Assembly (NCBI GenBank): GCA_965261085.1
Contig: OZ253442.1
Location: 288,001 to 352,000 of the forward strand
DNA: 64,000 bases
Reading direction: 5' to 3'
From: a bacterium
GTDB taxonomy: Bacteria > UBA8248
The position numbers and the translations under genes were made by a program. Positions 19,630 through 29,418 of this stretch are shown in pieces; within the stretch, counting starts at the first letter, position 1, and the number at the start of each line of letters is the position of its first letter. The notes beneath the pieces are model-generated. The model saw only the letters and a list, made by a program, of their open reading frames with translations. It was not told the origin of the DNA and did not search any database.

Positions 19630-20127
19630 CTAAAGCGAGGTGATGCTGGAATCCTCTCGGTAGAGCGTTTCATCCGCTATCTTCGCCTGGAGCTTCATGA
19701 TCCCGTCGATGAGCGTTTCGGGACGGGGCGGACAGCCCGGCACGTAAATGTCGACGGGCACCACCTCGTCCACGCCCTGCACGAGCGCGTAGTTGTTGAA
19801 TATCCCGCCCGTAGACGCGCACGCGCCCATGGAAATCACCCATTTCGGCTCGGGCATCTGATCGTATATCTGCCGGAGCACGGGCGCCATCTTGCGCGAC
19901 ACCCTGCCCGCCACGATCATCAAATCCGCCTGGCGCGGTGATGCGCGGAACACCTCGGCGCCGAAGCGCGATATGTCGTATTTCGCCGCCGAGGTCGACA
20001 TCATCTCGATGGCGCAGCAAGCCAGCCCGAAAAGCGCGGGCCACAGGCTGTTCTTACGCGCCCATTTGATGACGTCGGTCGCGCGGCCCAGTACCACCTG
20101 GCCTTCTAATTGTTGTTCTAGTCCCAT
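19630..20127 (-). CDS. nuoB: NADH-quinone oxidoreductase subunit B
   Basis: [10 protein letters not shown] and VPGCPPRPE; ATG at 20127 overlaps the nuoA end. Confidence 0.96.
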   Translation of the reverse strand: MGLEQQLEGQVVLGRATDVIKWARKNSLWPALFGLACCAIEMMSTSAAKYDISRFGAEVFRASPRQADLMIVAGRVSRKMAPVLRQIYDQMPEPKWVISMGACASTGGIFNNYALVQGVDEVVPVDIYVPGCPPRPETLIDGIMKLQAKIADETLYREDSSITSL

Positions 20128-20474
20128 TCGAGCGCTCCCCTGCGCCACTCGTATATCAGACTGGCCACCAGCAAAGCCATGAAAGGCAGAATCGCGAGAA
20201 ACCCGTATACGCCCAAACTCCTCAAGTTCACCGCCCACGGGTACAAAAAGATGGTCTCCACGTCGAAGACGATGAACAAAATCGCCACCAGAAAGAATTT
20301 CACGCTGAAGCGCCCGCGCGCGTTCGTTTGGGGCACGATGCCGCACTCATAGGCGGAGTCTTTCTCCACCGTGGACTTGCGCCTTCCCAACAGGAACGTC
20401 ATGCCGAGGTTCATGATGGCGAACGCCACCGCCAGGGCTATCAAAATCAATATGGGCAAATACTCTTCCGGCAT
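20118..20474 (-). CDS. nuoA: NADH-quinone oxidoreductase subunit A
   Basis: [16 protein letters not shown] and RRGALEWD. Confidence 0.95.
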   Translation of the reverse strand: MPEEYLPILILIALAVAFAIMNLGMTFLLGRRKSTVEKDSAYECGIVPQTNARGRFSVKFFLVAILFIVFDVETIFLYPWAVNLRSLGVYGFLAILPFMALLVASLIYEWRRGALEWD

Positions 20475-20801
20475 TTCCCGCCCCCACGGCGCTCAGAAGC
20501 GCACTTTTTCCTTATGTCGAATAGGTCGTCGAATCGAGCGCATCTTACGGCTGGCATCCCGTGGTGTCAACAATTCGCCGCCCGGATGCGCCATAAACCG
20601 AAACCCGGCCCGACTTCACCGGACATGTATTCCACATCGCCCCCTCCACTTGGAAATTTTGGTGTTTTTCCTCCCTTGAAAATAGGGTATCTTGAACCTG
20701 TAGCACCTTCGCCTCATCCGCCGCCTATCGCTGTGGAAGGTGGGGCGTCCGGACGAAAACCCGAGGCATCACTCTCGCGTGCGCGCAGGAGGGTTTCAGC
20801 C

Positions 20802-21932
20802 ATGAACAAACAAAATCCACCAACCCGGGCGCGCCTCGACGCCCTGCTGCATGATTTCGAGGCTCTGGCGCAGCGGCAGGTAGGCTACCCCTGCAACCAG
20901 AATTTCGATTTTTCGGATTTGCTGCCCTTTCTGGAATACAGCCTCAACAACGTGGGCGATCCCTTTCACGACAGCAATTTCCGCAGCAACACCCATGAGA
21001 TTGAGCGTGAGGTCATCGCCCGGTTCGCCTCTTTGATGCACCTGGAACAGGATCAGACCTGGGGCTACGTCACCTCCGGCGGAACCGAAGGCAACATGTA
21101 CGGCCTCTATATGGGTCGCGAACTGTTCCCGAGCGGCATGGTGTATTTCTCGCAGGATACGCACTACAGCGTTCTCAAGATCCTGCGCGTACTGAACGTG
21201 CGCAACATCATGATCAAGAGCAGCGAGAACGGAGAGATCGACTACGAGGACCTCCACGAGACGATACGCATCCACCGCGATGCGCCGGTCATCTTCATGG
21301 CGAACATCGGCTCCACGATGAAAGGCGCCGTGGACGACGTGAGCAAGGTGCGCGGCATCCTGGACGACCTGGCGGTCACGAACGCCTACATTCACGCGGA
21401 CGCAGCCCTGAGCGGCATGATTCTGCCCTTCGTCGAGGAGCCCCAGCCCTATGGCTTCGACGCGGGCTTCGACAGCGTCTCCATCAGCGGGCACAAGCTC
21501 ATCGGCTGCCCGCTGCCCTGCGGCGTCGTACTGACAAGGCGCGATTACGTGGCGCGCATCGCGCGCTCGATAGAATACGTGGGCGTACTCGACACCACAC
21601 TGCCCGGCTCACGCAGCGGGCTGACGCCGCTCATGCTGTGGTACGCCTTCGAGCGCTATGGCCTTGACGGTTTTCGAGAACTCGTGGCGGAGATGCTGGC
21701 GGTCGCAGAGTATGCGGTCGAGCGTTTCAACGAACGCGGCGTTCCCGCATGGCGTCACAAGAACTCGGTGACGGTCGTCTTCCCGAGACCCCCGAGCGAG
21801 GTCTTGCGCAAGTGGCAAATCGCCCCGCTGGGAGACATCGCCCACATCATCACCATGCCGCACGTCACGCGCGAGATGATTAACGAGTTCGTCGATGACT
21901 GCGTGAAACTACAACACAGGCAAACGGCCTGA
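20802..21932 (+). CDS. PLP-dependent group II decarboxylase, histidine/serine decarboxylase family
   Basis: GYP..., NNVGDPF, WGYVTSGGTEGN, HADAAL and SISGHK (PLP lysine); AGGAGG RBS before ATG 20802. Confidence 0.88.
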   Translation: MNKQNPPTRARLDALLHDFEALAQRQVGYPCNQNFDFSDLLPFLEYSLNNVGDPFHDSNFRSNTHEIEREVIARFASLMHLEQDQTWGYVTSGGTEGNMYGLYMGRELFPSGMVYFSQDTHYSVLKILRVLNVRNIMIKSSENGEIDYEDLHETIRIHRDAPVIFMANIGSTMKGAVDDVSKVRGILDDLAVTNAYIHADAALSGMILPFVEEPQPYGFDAGFDSVSISGHKLIGCPLPCGVVLTRRDYVARIARSIEYVGVLDTTLPGSRSGLTPLMLWYAFERYGLDGFRELVAEMLAVAEYAVERFNERGVPAWRHKNSVTVVFPRPPSEVLRKWQIAPLGDIAHIITMPHVTREMINEFVDDCVKLQHRQTA

Positions 21933-21944
21933 GGAGGAATTTCG

Positions 21945-22337
21945 ATGAATCGAATCATCATCACGGTGCGGGACGAGGTCGGCGTCATTGCGGATATCAG
22001 CAAGGCGCTGGCCGATGAGTCCATCAACATAGAAGCCTTGAACACCGAGGTCGCAGGCGAGAAGGGCGTCGTCATCCTGACCACGGATGAGTCCGACCGC
22101 GCCCTGCACGTACTCAAGAACGCGGGCTTCCGGGCAATCAGCGATGAGGCGATGATCATCAGGCTGCGCGACGAACCAGGGGCTCTCGCCAAAGTGGCGG
22201 AGAAATTCAAGCAGGCCGGGGTTAACATCCAGAGCATGCACATACTGAACCGTCATGCCGGCTACGCGAACGTCGCCCTGACCGCGGATAATGACGCGAA
22301 GGCAAAGATGCTGCTCGAGGACGAAGACGTGCTTTGA
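21945..22337 (+). CDS. Tandem ACT-domain protein
   Basis: Two DExGxxAxxxxxxxxxxxNI repeats; GAGGAGG RBS; directly follows the decarboxylase. Confidence 0.85.
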   Translation: MNRIIITVRDEVGVIADISKALADESINIEALNTEVAGEKGVVILTTDESDRALHVLKNAGFRAISDEAMIIRLRDEPGALAKVAEKFKQAGVNIQSMHILNRHAGYANVALTADNDAKAKMLLEDEDVL

Positions 22338-22417
22338 AGAGGGAATGCGCGCAAGAGAAATACCAAAGCGCGGCCTCTAAAATCACTCCCCCCTTGAGGG
22401 TCAATTCTGACCGAAGA

Positions 22418-23939
22418 GGGGTTGTTGAATAACCCGGTTTCGGGAGCGGGCGGTATGGAGGGTCACGCGGCGGCGGACAGGAAGCCCGCGCAGCTTGCGA
22501 GGCCGCGATGGACGCACAGAGGCTCTTCCCGGGCCGACCAGGCCCTCCAGAGGGCGAATAACCTTGCAGCAAGTGCGGCGGAGAGCCGCTTGAGGTTGAT
22601 CGCCGCCGCCGTCAGGTAGGACTGTATCTTCATGTTCTCAAGACCGCGCCGCACCGCGCGCGCAAGCCCGTGCCAGGTCTTCGCCTCGCCGTGGTAGCCC
22701 TCCGAGCGCCACATATGACGCCGGTACATCCGCCGCTCCTCCTCCCTCCATCGCGCATGGCGCCGGCGCGCGCGCAACAGCGCCGGATACGCATGCGGAA
22801 CCAACACCACCTTGCTCGACCACGCCTTCGGCAGGCAATCCTCGCGAAGCGCGCAGCCCGCGCAATCACGGGTCTTCGAACGATAATAACGCCCCCCCTT
22901 TGCGGGCCGACGGGGGCTCAGTATCTTGCCGCGCGGACACTTCACGATGTCGTGCCGCGCGTCGTAGCGGAACAGGCGCAACGGAACACGGCTCTGCGAG
23001 GGTTCCCTCTTCGCCGGAATGAGCGCGGCCACACCCCGGCGCTCCAGGGCCGCGTAGACCTTCGAGTAGGCGTAGCCAGAGTCCGCCGTCACCATCGCGG
23101 GCGCGCGCCCCGATACCTCGCATACCGCTTCCACCTGCGATTCGAGCACCTCACGCTCGTTCACCGTACCCTCCGTCACCGATACGTCGAGCACCACCCC
23201 GCGCGTGTCGTCCACCACAGCGTGCTGCTTGTAGCTCGGCTCGAATCCCCCGCCCGTTCTCGCCAGCCGCGCGTCCGGGTCCGTCCGGCTCACCTTCCCG
23301 GAACCCCCGCCACGGCGGCCTCCTCCACCCTTCTTCCCGGCCTCCTCCTCGACGGGGTTCTCCGCTATCACCTCGTCCACGTGACGCTCCACCAGACTCT
23401 CCCAACTCACGTCCGCGCGGATCAATGAGGCGTCCACGTGCACGACTTCGGCCTTGGCCACCTTCGCATCCAGGCACGCACGGACCGTGCGGCGGAATAT
23501 CTCCCGGAACCGGGCCTCCCCCCAGCGCTGCCGTATCCGCGTCAGGCTCGAATGATCCGGCAGCCGATCCTCCAGCCCGTAACCGATGAACCACCGGATC
23601 GCGATGTTCACCTGCGCCTCGCGCATCAACCGACGGTCGTGCACGAACCCCAGCAGAAGGCCCGCCAACATCAACCGAACCGCCACTTCGGGGTCGATCC
23701 CAGGACGGCCGTTGTCCGCGCAATAACAATCCGCCACTTCCTCGCGCAGCCAACTCAGGTCCAGAACGCGGTTCACGCGGGCCAATATGTGATCCTCGGG
23801 AATCAACCTCTCCAGCGAACCGGTGATGAACAAATCCATCTGGGCGCGGTTCTTGCGTCCCAACATCGCGGATATTCCCTTCTCGGGCGCGTAATATCCA
23901 TACATCCAAGCATAGAGTCAGGGGTTTTTCAACAACCCC
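22418..23939 (-). mobile_element. IS1182-family insertion sequence, apparently intact
   Basis: TIRs GGGGTTGTTGAATAACCC / GGGTTTTTCAACAACCCC; direct repeat GAAGA at 22413-22417 and 23940-23944; one transposase inside. Confidence 0.9.
22463..23866 (-). CDS. IS1182-family DDE transposase
   Basis: GRPGIDPE, PDHSSLTR, VDASLI, ADSGY, CPRG...CAGCALREDC and EGYHGEAK...NLKRL. Confidence 0.92.
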   Translation of the reverse strand: MLGRKNRAQMDLFITGSLERLIPEDHILARVNRVLDLSWLREEVADCYCADNGRPGIDPEVAVRLMLAGLLLGFVHDRRLMREAQVNIAIRWFIGYGLEDRLPDHSSLTRIRQRWGEARFREIFRRTVRACLDAKVAKAEVVHVDASLIRADVSWESLVERHVDEVIAENPVEEEAGKKGGGGRRGGGSGKVSRTDPDARLARTGGGFEPSYKQHAVVDDTRGVVLDVSVTEGTVNEREVLESQVEAVCEVSGRAPAMVTADSGYAYSKVYAALERRGVAALIPAKREPSQSRVPLRLFRYDARHDIVKCPRGKILSPRRPAKGGRYYRSKTRDCAGCALREDCLPKAWSSKVVLVPHAYPALLRARRRHARWREEERRMYRRHMWRSEGYHGEAKTWHGLARAVRRGLENMKIQSYLTAAAINLKRLSAALAARLFALWRAWSAREEPLCVHRGLASCAGFLSAAA

Positions 23940-24156
23940 GAAGAGGGAAGGATTGTCGCAGAAGCCGAACCTCTGGTGAAGGCTGATGCGGTGGGGGTAC
24001 GGTTCCAAAACAAAAGCTCCCCCCACCGGTTCGTTTACGGGCTTATGCCCTTACCTCACCGACTCCCCCTCAAGGGGGGAGTGGTTCCCCTCACTTATCA
24101 ATCGTCATCGACCTCAACGGGAAGTGATATTGAATGTGTATCTTCTCGAAGAAGTT

Positions 24157-25026
24157 TCACCCGCCCAGGATCAGCAAAATGATTCCCGCCAGAATCACCA
24201 TTCCCCCCAGGAGCGTTTCGCGAACGCGCTCGCGCTCCTTGAAGAAGACGTAGCCGATGCCGATGGCCAGGAGAATCTCGACCTGCTTCACCGATTCCAC
24301 ATAGGAGATGAGCGTGAGGCGAAAGGCCTCCGCCTGGGCGAGGCTCGCGATGAAGGCGAACAACCCCAGGGAAATGAAGCCCTTCCAGAGTTTGGGGGCG
24401 TCCTTGAAGTGCTCGGCGGATTTCCACAAGGTCAGCGGCAACACAACGACCGTCGCCGCCGCATAGGTGGCGAACGTGCCGAAAGCCGCGTCTGAGAGCA
24501 CTGCCGCCTGCTTGAAGGTAATAACCGAGGGCGCGTACAGCAGCGAGGCGAGCACGGTGTAGCGCATCCCCTTGTCGGTGAAGAGCGCGCGAACAGGCTC
24601 GAACCAGCCGATTCGCGCACGCGAGACGTTCAGTCCGTAGACGCCCGCCAGGGTGACGAAGATGCCCACAAGCCCCCAGGCCGAGGGCGCCTCGCCCAGC
24701 GTGATGAAAGCGAGCACCACCAGCCAGATGGTCGCGAGCTTCCACAGCGAGGTCACCACGCCCATCGAGCCGTACAAGAGCGCTTTCGAAAGCGAGAGCG
24801 TGGCCATGGTCTGCAGGAAGCCGAACAGGATGCAAATCCACCAGAAGCCGGGCTGTATCTCGGGCACGCCCTTCATCCACACCGCCACGGCCGCGAAGGG
24901 GAGCAGGAACGCGAATCGCCCCAACACGTTGATGTACTCATCGAGCTTGTGGCCGATGGATTTCATCGCCGCGTTTCTGAGCACCTGCGCGAGAGCTGCG
25001 ATAACGGCAAGCGTTACCCAGTCCAT
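24157..25026 (-). CDS. EamA/DMT-family transporter
   Basis: 289 aa, about ten hydrophobic segments in two repeats ending LGE / FKE. Confidence 0.8.
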   Translation of the reverse strand: MDWVTLAVIAALAQVLRNAAMKSIGHKLDEYINVLGRFAFLLPFAAVAVWMKGVPEIQPGFWWICILFGFLQTMATLSLSKALLYGSMGVVTSLWKLATIWLVVLAFITLGEAPSAWGLVGIFVTLAGVYGLNVSRARIGWFEPVRALFTDKGMRYTVLASLLYAPSVITFKQAAVLSDAAFGTFATYAAATVVVLPLTLWKSAEHFKDAPKLWKGFISLGLFAFIASLAQAEAFRLTLISYVESVKQVEILLAIGIGYVFFKERERVRETLLGGMVILAGIILLILGG

Positions 25027-25239
25027 TCCATACTCCTCTACCCATTCGCCATACGATGAAAACCAGGGCCTTTTCTACGCGCACAATAGGCCTAAGTCCA
25101 ACGGCGACGGTGTTTCACGGGGCTTGCGCCAAAACGCCGTCTTAAGCCAAGCCGAAAACCCCTCCCCCGTCTGACACGGCCGCGCGCGGTATGCTAATCT
25201 GGCGATGGTTATCCGTTTCCCTGCAAGGAGCCTCGCGCC

Positions 25240-26268
25240 ATGATACGCGACGACGTATTCGTCTTTGACAACGTGGTGCATATGTACGATTACTCGGATG
25301 AGAACCTCATCTCCGAGAAGAGCGAATACGACCGCCACTACCACGTGAGCAAGGTGCTGCGCAGAAGACAAACCGCGCCCACGGACGTATACGCGGGGTG
25401 GGACCCGGTGGAAGGCTTCAAGCGCCGCTGGAGCGTCGAGGACATGGGCCGCCTCGTGTTCGAGGATTCGGGCACCGATATGGCGATGGCCCAGGCCGTA
25501 CCCCTGTTCGACCTCTACAAGGACGGCTTCGCGCCCGTGAAGGCGCAGTATGCCTTCTCGCAGGCGTATCCTGAGCGTTGCCTGTTCTGCGGGGCCGTGG
25601 ACCCCATGTACCCGAGCGTGGCCGCCGCCTGTGAGGAGATGGAGCGCCAGGTGAAGGAGTGGGGGGCGAAATCCATGAAAATCTACAACGCCCACGTGGA
25701 CGGGAAATCCTGGGCGTGCGACGACCCCGAAATCGCCTACCCTCTCTACGAAAAAGGGCGTGAACTGGGCATTAAAGTCTTTCAGTTCCACAAGGGAAAT
25801 CCGATAACGCGGGCTAGGCTGCGCGACCTCTCACCGCTCGACATCGAGGGCGCGGCTCTTGATTTTCCGGATCTGCTCTTCGGCATCCATCATCTGGCGG
25901 TGCCCTATTTCGAAGAAGTGGTCTGGATGGCGAACCGCTACGAGAATGTCTTTCTCGTACTCTCGGGTATCGGCCACACGCCCATGATCGCGCCCAGAAC
26001 CTTCACCGAATGGATGGGCCGGCTCCTGCGCGACGTGGGCTCCGAGAGAGTTCTCTGGGGTTCCGAGATGGCGCTCCTGGGAAACGCGAGGCCCGTCCTC
26101 GAATGGATATGGGAGATGGAAATCCCCGAATCCATGCAGGATGACTACGGCTATCCGCAAATTACCGAAGAGGACAAGCGCAATATCCTGGGCTTGAACC
26201 AGGCGCGTATCTTCGGCGTGGACGTGGAGGCCAAGAAACGAGAGCTCTGGAACGGAGCATCGCGATGA
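25240..26268 (+). CDS. Amidohydrolase_2 family protein
   Basis: DNVVH, FHKG, DFPDLLFGIHH, LWGSE and KRNILGLNQAR. Confidence 0.85.
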   Translation: MIRDDVFVFDNVVHMYDYSDENLISEKSEYDRHYHVSKVLRRRQTAPTDVYAGWDPVEGFKRRWSVEDMGRLVFEDSGTDMAMAQAVPLFDLYKDGFAPVKAQYAFSQAYPERCLFCGAVDPMYPSVAAACEEMERQVKEWGAKSMKIYNAHVDGKSWACDDPEIAYPLYEKGRELGIKVFQFHKGNPITRARLRDLSPLDIEGAALDFPDLLFGIHHLAVPYFEEVVWMANRYENVFLVLSGIGHTPMIAPRTFTEWMGRLLRDVGSERVLWGSEMALLGNARPVLEWIWEMEIPESMQDDYGYPQITEEDKRNILGLNQARIFGVDVEAKKRELWNGASR

Positions 26269-26603
26269 ACGAGCACGACGCCCTCATCACCGACGTCGAG
26301 GACATCATCGAGACGCAGATTCGCCCGCTCCTTAAGATTCACGGCGGCGGCATCACGCTCGAGCGCGTGAGCGAAAAAGGGGAAGTAGCACTCCGCTTCG
26401 AGGGCGCGTGCCGGGGCTGCATGCTCAAGAGCGTCACCTACGCGCTGGGCGTGCGGCAAAAGCTCATGCAGCACCCGGGAGTAACGGACGTTTCCGTCGA
26501 GGGCGTTCGCATCTCCGATCACGCCATCAAGCGGGTGGAGAAATTCTACTCCGGCTATTCGTTTTGGGTGGGAGATCCGCTCAAAAACCATCCCTCATCT
26601 TGA
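26265..26603 (+). CDS. NifU C-terminal-like (NfuA-type) Fe-S carrier domain protein
   Basis: IRPLLKIHGGGI...FEGACRGC; ATGA overlap with the amidohydrolase. Confidence 0.85.
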   Translation: MNEHDALITDVEDIIETQIRPLLKIHGGGITLERVSEKGEVALRFEGACRGCMLKSVTYALGVRQKLMQHPGVTDVSVEGVRISDHAIKRVEKFYSGYSFWVGDPLKNHPSS

Positions 26604-26620
26604 TCGCCTCGCGCTACCAG

Positions 26621-27889
26621 ATGAGCAAAGTACTGCGCCTGTGGTACGGCTGGGTGATCCTCCTCAGTGTCTTCATCATCCTGACGGTAGTCATCGGCAT
26701 CAGAAATTCTATCGGCATCTTCTTTAAGGACATCTCCGGCGAGTTCGGCTGGAACCGCGCGCAGACGGCCGCCGCCTTCACCATGGGCATGCTCGGCCAG
26801 GCTGTGGTGGCCCCCCTCGCGGGCTGGGTGCTCGAGCGCTTCAACATGCGCTGGGTGATCGGCGCGGGTATTTTCGTGAACGGAGCGGCGCTCATCATCG
26901 GTGCCTACATCGGCGCGCTCTGGCATTTCTACGCCATGTATTTTCTGCTCTCGGTAGGCTTCGCCTTCACGGCCAACCTGCCGCAGGTGCAACTGCTCTC
27001 GAACTGGTTCGTCGTGAAGCGCGGATTGGCCATGGGCTTCTCGCACGCCGCCCAGGGCTTCGCGCCCATCGTGAACATTTTCACCCCGTTGCTCATCATG
27101 AGCCTCGGCTGGCGGGGGAGCTATCTCGCGCTGGCGGGAATCGTGCTCCTTCTGCTGCTGCCCTTCGCCGTGACGCTGTTGCGCGACCACCCCAGAGAGA
27201 AACGAACCGCTCCCGACGCGCCCTTTCTCACGTCCGAGGAGTTCTCCCGCGCCCGCGTCAGAAGCGCCGTCATCATTCCAGCGGGCAAGGAAAAAGAAGC
27301 CTTCTCATTCTCTTTTTTCTTCACCCGCAGGTTCATGCTGATCGGAGGTATTTACGGCAGCATCGCGTATATCTTCACCGCCGTATTGGTGCATTTGATC
27401 CCCCACGCGACGGACCAGGGCTTCTCCCCCTCGGGGGGCGCCGCGCTCTTCGCCCTGTATGGAGCGGCCCTCGTCGTGGGAAACGGGTTGAGCGCGGTAT
27501 CGGATCGCATCGGGAGGCTCCCCACCTTCATGGTGGGGGTGGTGTGCGGCGTGGCCGCGTGTTATCTCCTGGCCGCCTTCACGCGCGCATCGCCCGAGTG
27601 GCGAATATACGCGGGCGCCATGGGGGTAGGTTTCGCTCTCGGTTTCGTCCGGCCCACGGCGTCTTCTCTTTTGGCGGATCATTTCGCGGGGCCGGGCTTC
27701 GGCCTGGTGAACGGATGCGCGATGATGGTCTTCTCCCTCATAGGCGCTTTGGGCCCCCTCGTGACGGGGATGCTTTTTGACGCGAACGGAAACTACTACG
27801 CGGGCTTTCTCCTCGTGGGCGGCATGTTCGCCTCGGGCGCGGTTTTCGTCGTAAGCCTCTCGCGCATGCCGCCAGAAGAGCGCGGCTAG
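26621..27889 (+). CDS. MFS transporter (OFA/MCT-like)
   Basis: WYGWV, FGWNR, NWFVVKRGLAMG and SDRIGR; 12-TM pattern. Confidence 0.88.
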   Translation: MSKVLRLWYGWVILLSVFIILTVVIGIRNSIGIFFKDISGEFGWNRAQTAAAFTMGMLGQAVVAPLAGWVLERFNMRWVIGAGIFVNGAALIIGAYIGALWHFYAMYFLLSVGFAFTANLPQVQLLSNWFVVKRGLAMGFSHAAQGFAPIVNIFTPLLIMSLGWRGSYLALAGIVLLLLLPFAVTLLRDHPREKRTAPDAPFLTSEEFSRARVRSAVIIPAGKEKEAFSFSFFFTRRFMLIGGIYGSIAYIFTAVLVHLIPHATDQGFSPSGGAALFALYGAALVVGNGLSAVSDRIGRLPTFMVGVVCGVAACYLLAAFTRASPEWRIYAGAMGVGFALGFVRPTASSLLADHFAGPGFGLVNGCAMMVFSLIGALGPLVTGMLFDANGNYYAGFLLVGGMFASGAVFVVSLSRMPPEERG

Positions 27890-27893
27890 CACA

Positions 27894-29153
27894 TTGACTC
27901 CCATGCGAGACGAATCGCGCCTCTGGTACGGTTGGGTGGTTCTGGCCGTGGTCTATCTCGCCATGATCACGCTCATCGCCTTTCGCGCCACCATCGGGCC
28001 CTTCTTCAAGGAAATCTCGGGCGAACTGGGCTGGAGCCGGGGGGCGACGGCTGCTGCTTTTTCCATCGGCATGCTGGCGCAGGCGGTCATCTCGCCGCTG
28101 GCGGGTATTCTCTCCGACCGCTGGAGCATCCGCGCCACGATGTCGGCGGGCGTTCTGGTGTTCGGCCTCTCCTTGCTCATCGGAAGCTGGATCACCTCGC
28201 TGTGGCAGTTTTATCTCATGTACATCGGCCTGTGCGCGGGCTTCGCCGCGGGCACGTGGGTCGCCCAGCTGCCCACGCTGTCGAACTGGTTCGTGAAAAA
28301 AAGAGGGTTCGCCCTAGGCATCGTCAACACGGCGCAGGGCGGCGCTTTCGTCTTGAACATCGCGACCCCCTACCTCATCGCGGCCCTGGGCTGGCGGATG
28401 AGCTACCTGGCGCTGGCGGGGGTGACTCTGCTGATCGTACTCCCCATCTGCATCGTTTTTCACAGAGACCACCCCTCGGATAAAGGCACCATCGCCGATG
28501 CCCCCTTCGTTGGGGACGCGCCGGATGAGCAACCACCGAAACCAGCGCCTTCATCATCCGGCGACACGCAGGTCCCATTATTCAACCTGCCGTTTTTCTT
28601 GTTTCTTGGCTCGTTTCTGCCCATGGCGTACGCCTTTTCGGGCATGCTCGTCCATCTGGTGCCTCACGCCACGGACCAGGGATTCTCGCTCCAGGCCGCG
28701 AGCGTCCTGTTCGCCATATGGGGATTCTGCCAGATGGCGGCGAACCTCATCAGCCCGGTTTCCGACAGGCTGGGCCGGGTGCCGACGTTCATGATCGGCG
28801 TGGCTCTGGGAATCGTCTCCGCCTTCGTTCTGGCCACTTATGAGCAGGGCGACCCTCAAATCCGCTTCTACCTGGGCACGATAACCAACGGCTTCGCCCT
28901 GGGCCTCATGCGGCCCACCGGCTCGGCCATCCTGGCGGATTATTTTGAAGGCCCGGGCTTCGGGCGCGTGAACGGGGTGGTGATGATGGCCTTCGCCCTC
29001 TGGGGTTCGGCGGGGCCATGGGCCACGGGCGCCCTGTTCGACCTGCACGGCTCCTATCTGTGGGGCTTGTCGATGTTCGCCGTCATGTTTTTTCTCTGCG
29101 GCGCCTTCGCGGTGTTGCTCGTGTGGATAAAACGAGAGAGAAAGCAGGAATAA
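27894..29153 (+). CDS. MFS transporter, paralog of the upstream gene
   Basis: WYGWV, SDRWS, NWFVKKRG and SDRLGR; shares HLxPHATDQGFS with the upstream copy. Confidence 0.88.
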   Translation: MTPMRDESRLWYGWVVLAVVYLAMITLIAFRATIGPFFKEISGELGWSRGATAAAFSIGMLAQAVISPLAGILSDRWSIRATMSAGVLVFGLSLLIGSWITSLWQFYLMYIGLCAGFAAGTWVAQLPTLSNWFVKKRGFALGIVNTAQGGAFVLNIATPYLIAALGWRMSYLALAGVTLLIVLPICIVFHRDHPSDKGTIADAPFVGDAPDEQPPKPAPSSSGDTQVPLFNLPFFLFLGSFLPMAYAFSGMLVHLVPHATDQGFSLQAASVLFAIWGFCQMAANLISPVSDRLGRVPTFMIGVALGIVSAFVLATYEQGDPQIRFYLGTITNGFALGLMRPTGSAILADYFEGPGFGRVNGVVMMAFALWGSAGPWATGALFDLHGSYLWGLSMFAVMFFLCGAFAVLLVWIKRERKQE

Positions 29154-29418
29154 CAAGTCCATCACTTTGTCCGTGGTGCGTTCGAATATGATATCTATCT
29201 GTTTTATTCATTTATTCTTATATTTTCTCATCTCCCGCATCCCCGCCAGGTTAATGCTCAAATACGCACCGGTTCGATGCCGCTCGTATGCGCTTTGATT
29301 GAAGATTTATCCCGGAGGGGGCCATACCCAGAAGAAGCGGGCGCAGGATCACCAAGCCCGCCGGCGGGACGCCCTTTGTTCCGAGGCGCCTCATGGGGTC
29401 CATGACATGAACCACACC

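Larger units (their letters stand above)
22384..24083. repeat. REP/MITE-like element with 17-bp terminal inverted repeats, split by the IS1182 insertion
   Basis: CACTCCCCCCTTGAGGG (22384-22400) is the exact reverse complement of CCCTCAAGGGGGGAGTG (24067-24083); about 170 bp without the IS. Confidence 0.7.

Noticed and set aside
1-20474. nuo duplication as an assembly artefact
   Set aside because: The paralogs differ substantially in protein sequence, length and gene content
20680-20710. TPP riboswitch suggested by TTGAACCTG
   Set aside because: There is no upstream CTGAGA core and no downstream P5/GCGTAGG elements
20328-20801. 158-aa N-terminal extension of the decarboxylase ORF
   Set aside because: It overlaps nuoA and the divergent promoter region; the RBS and family motifs begin at ATG 20802
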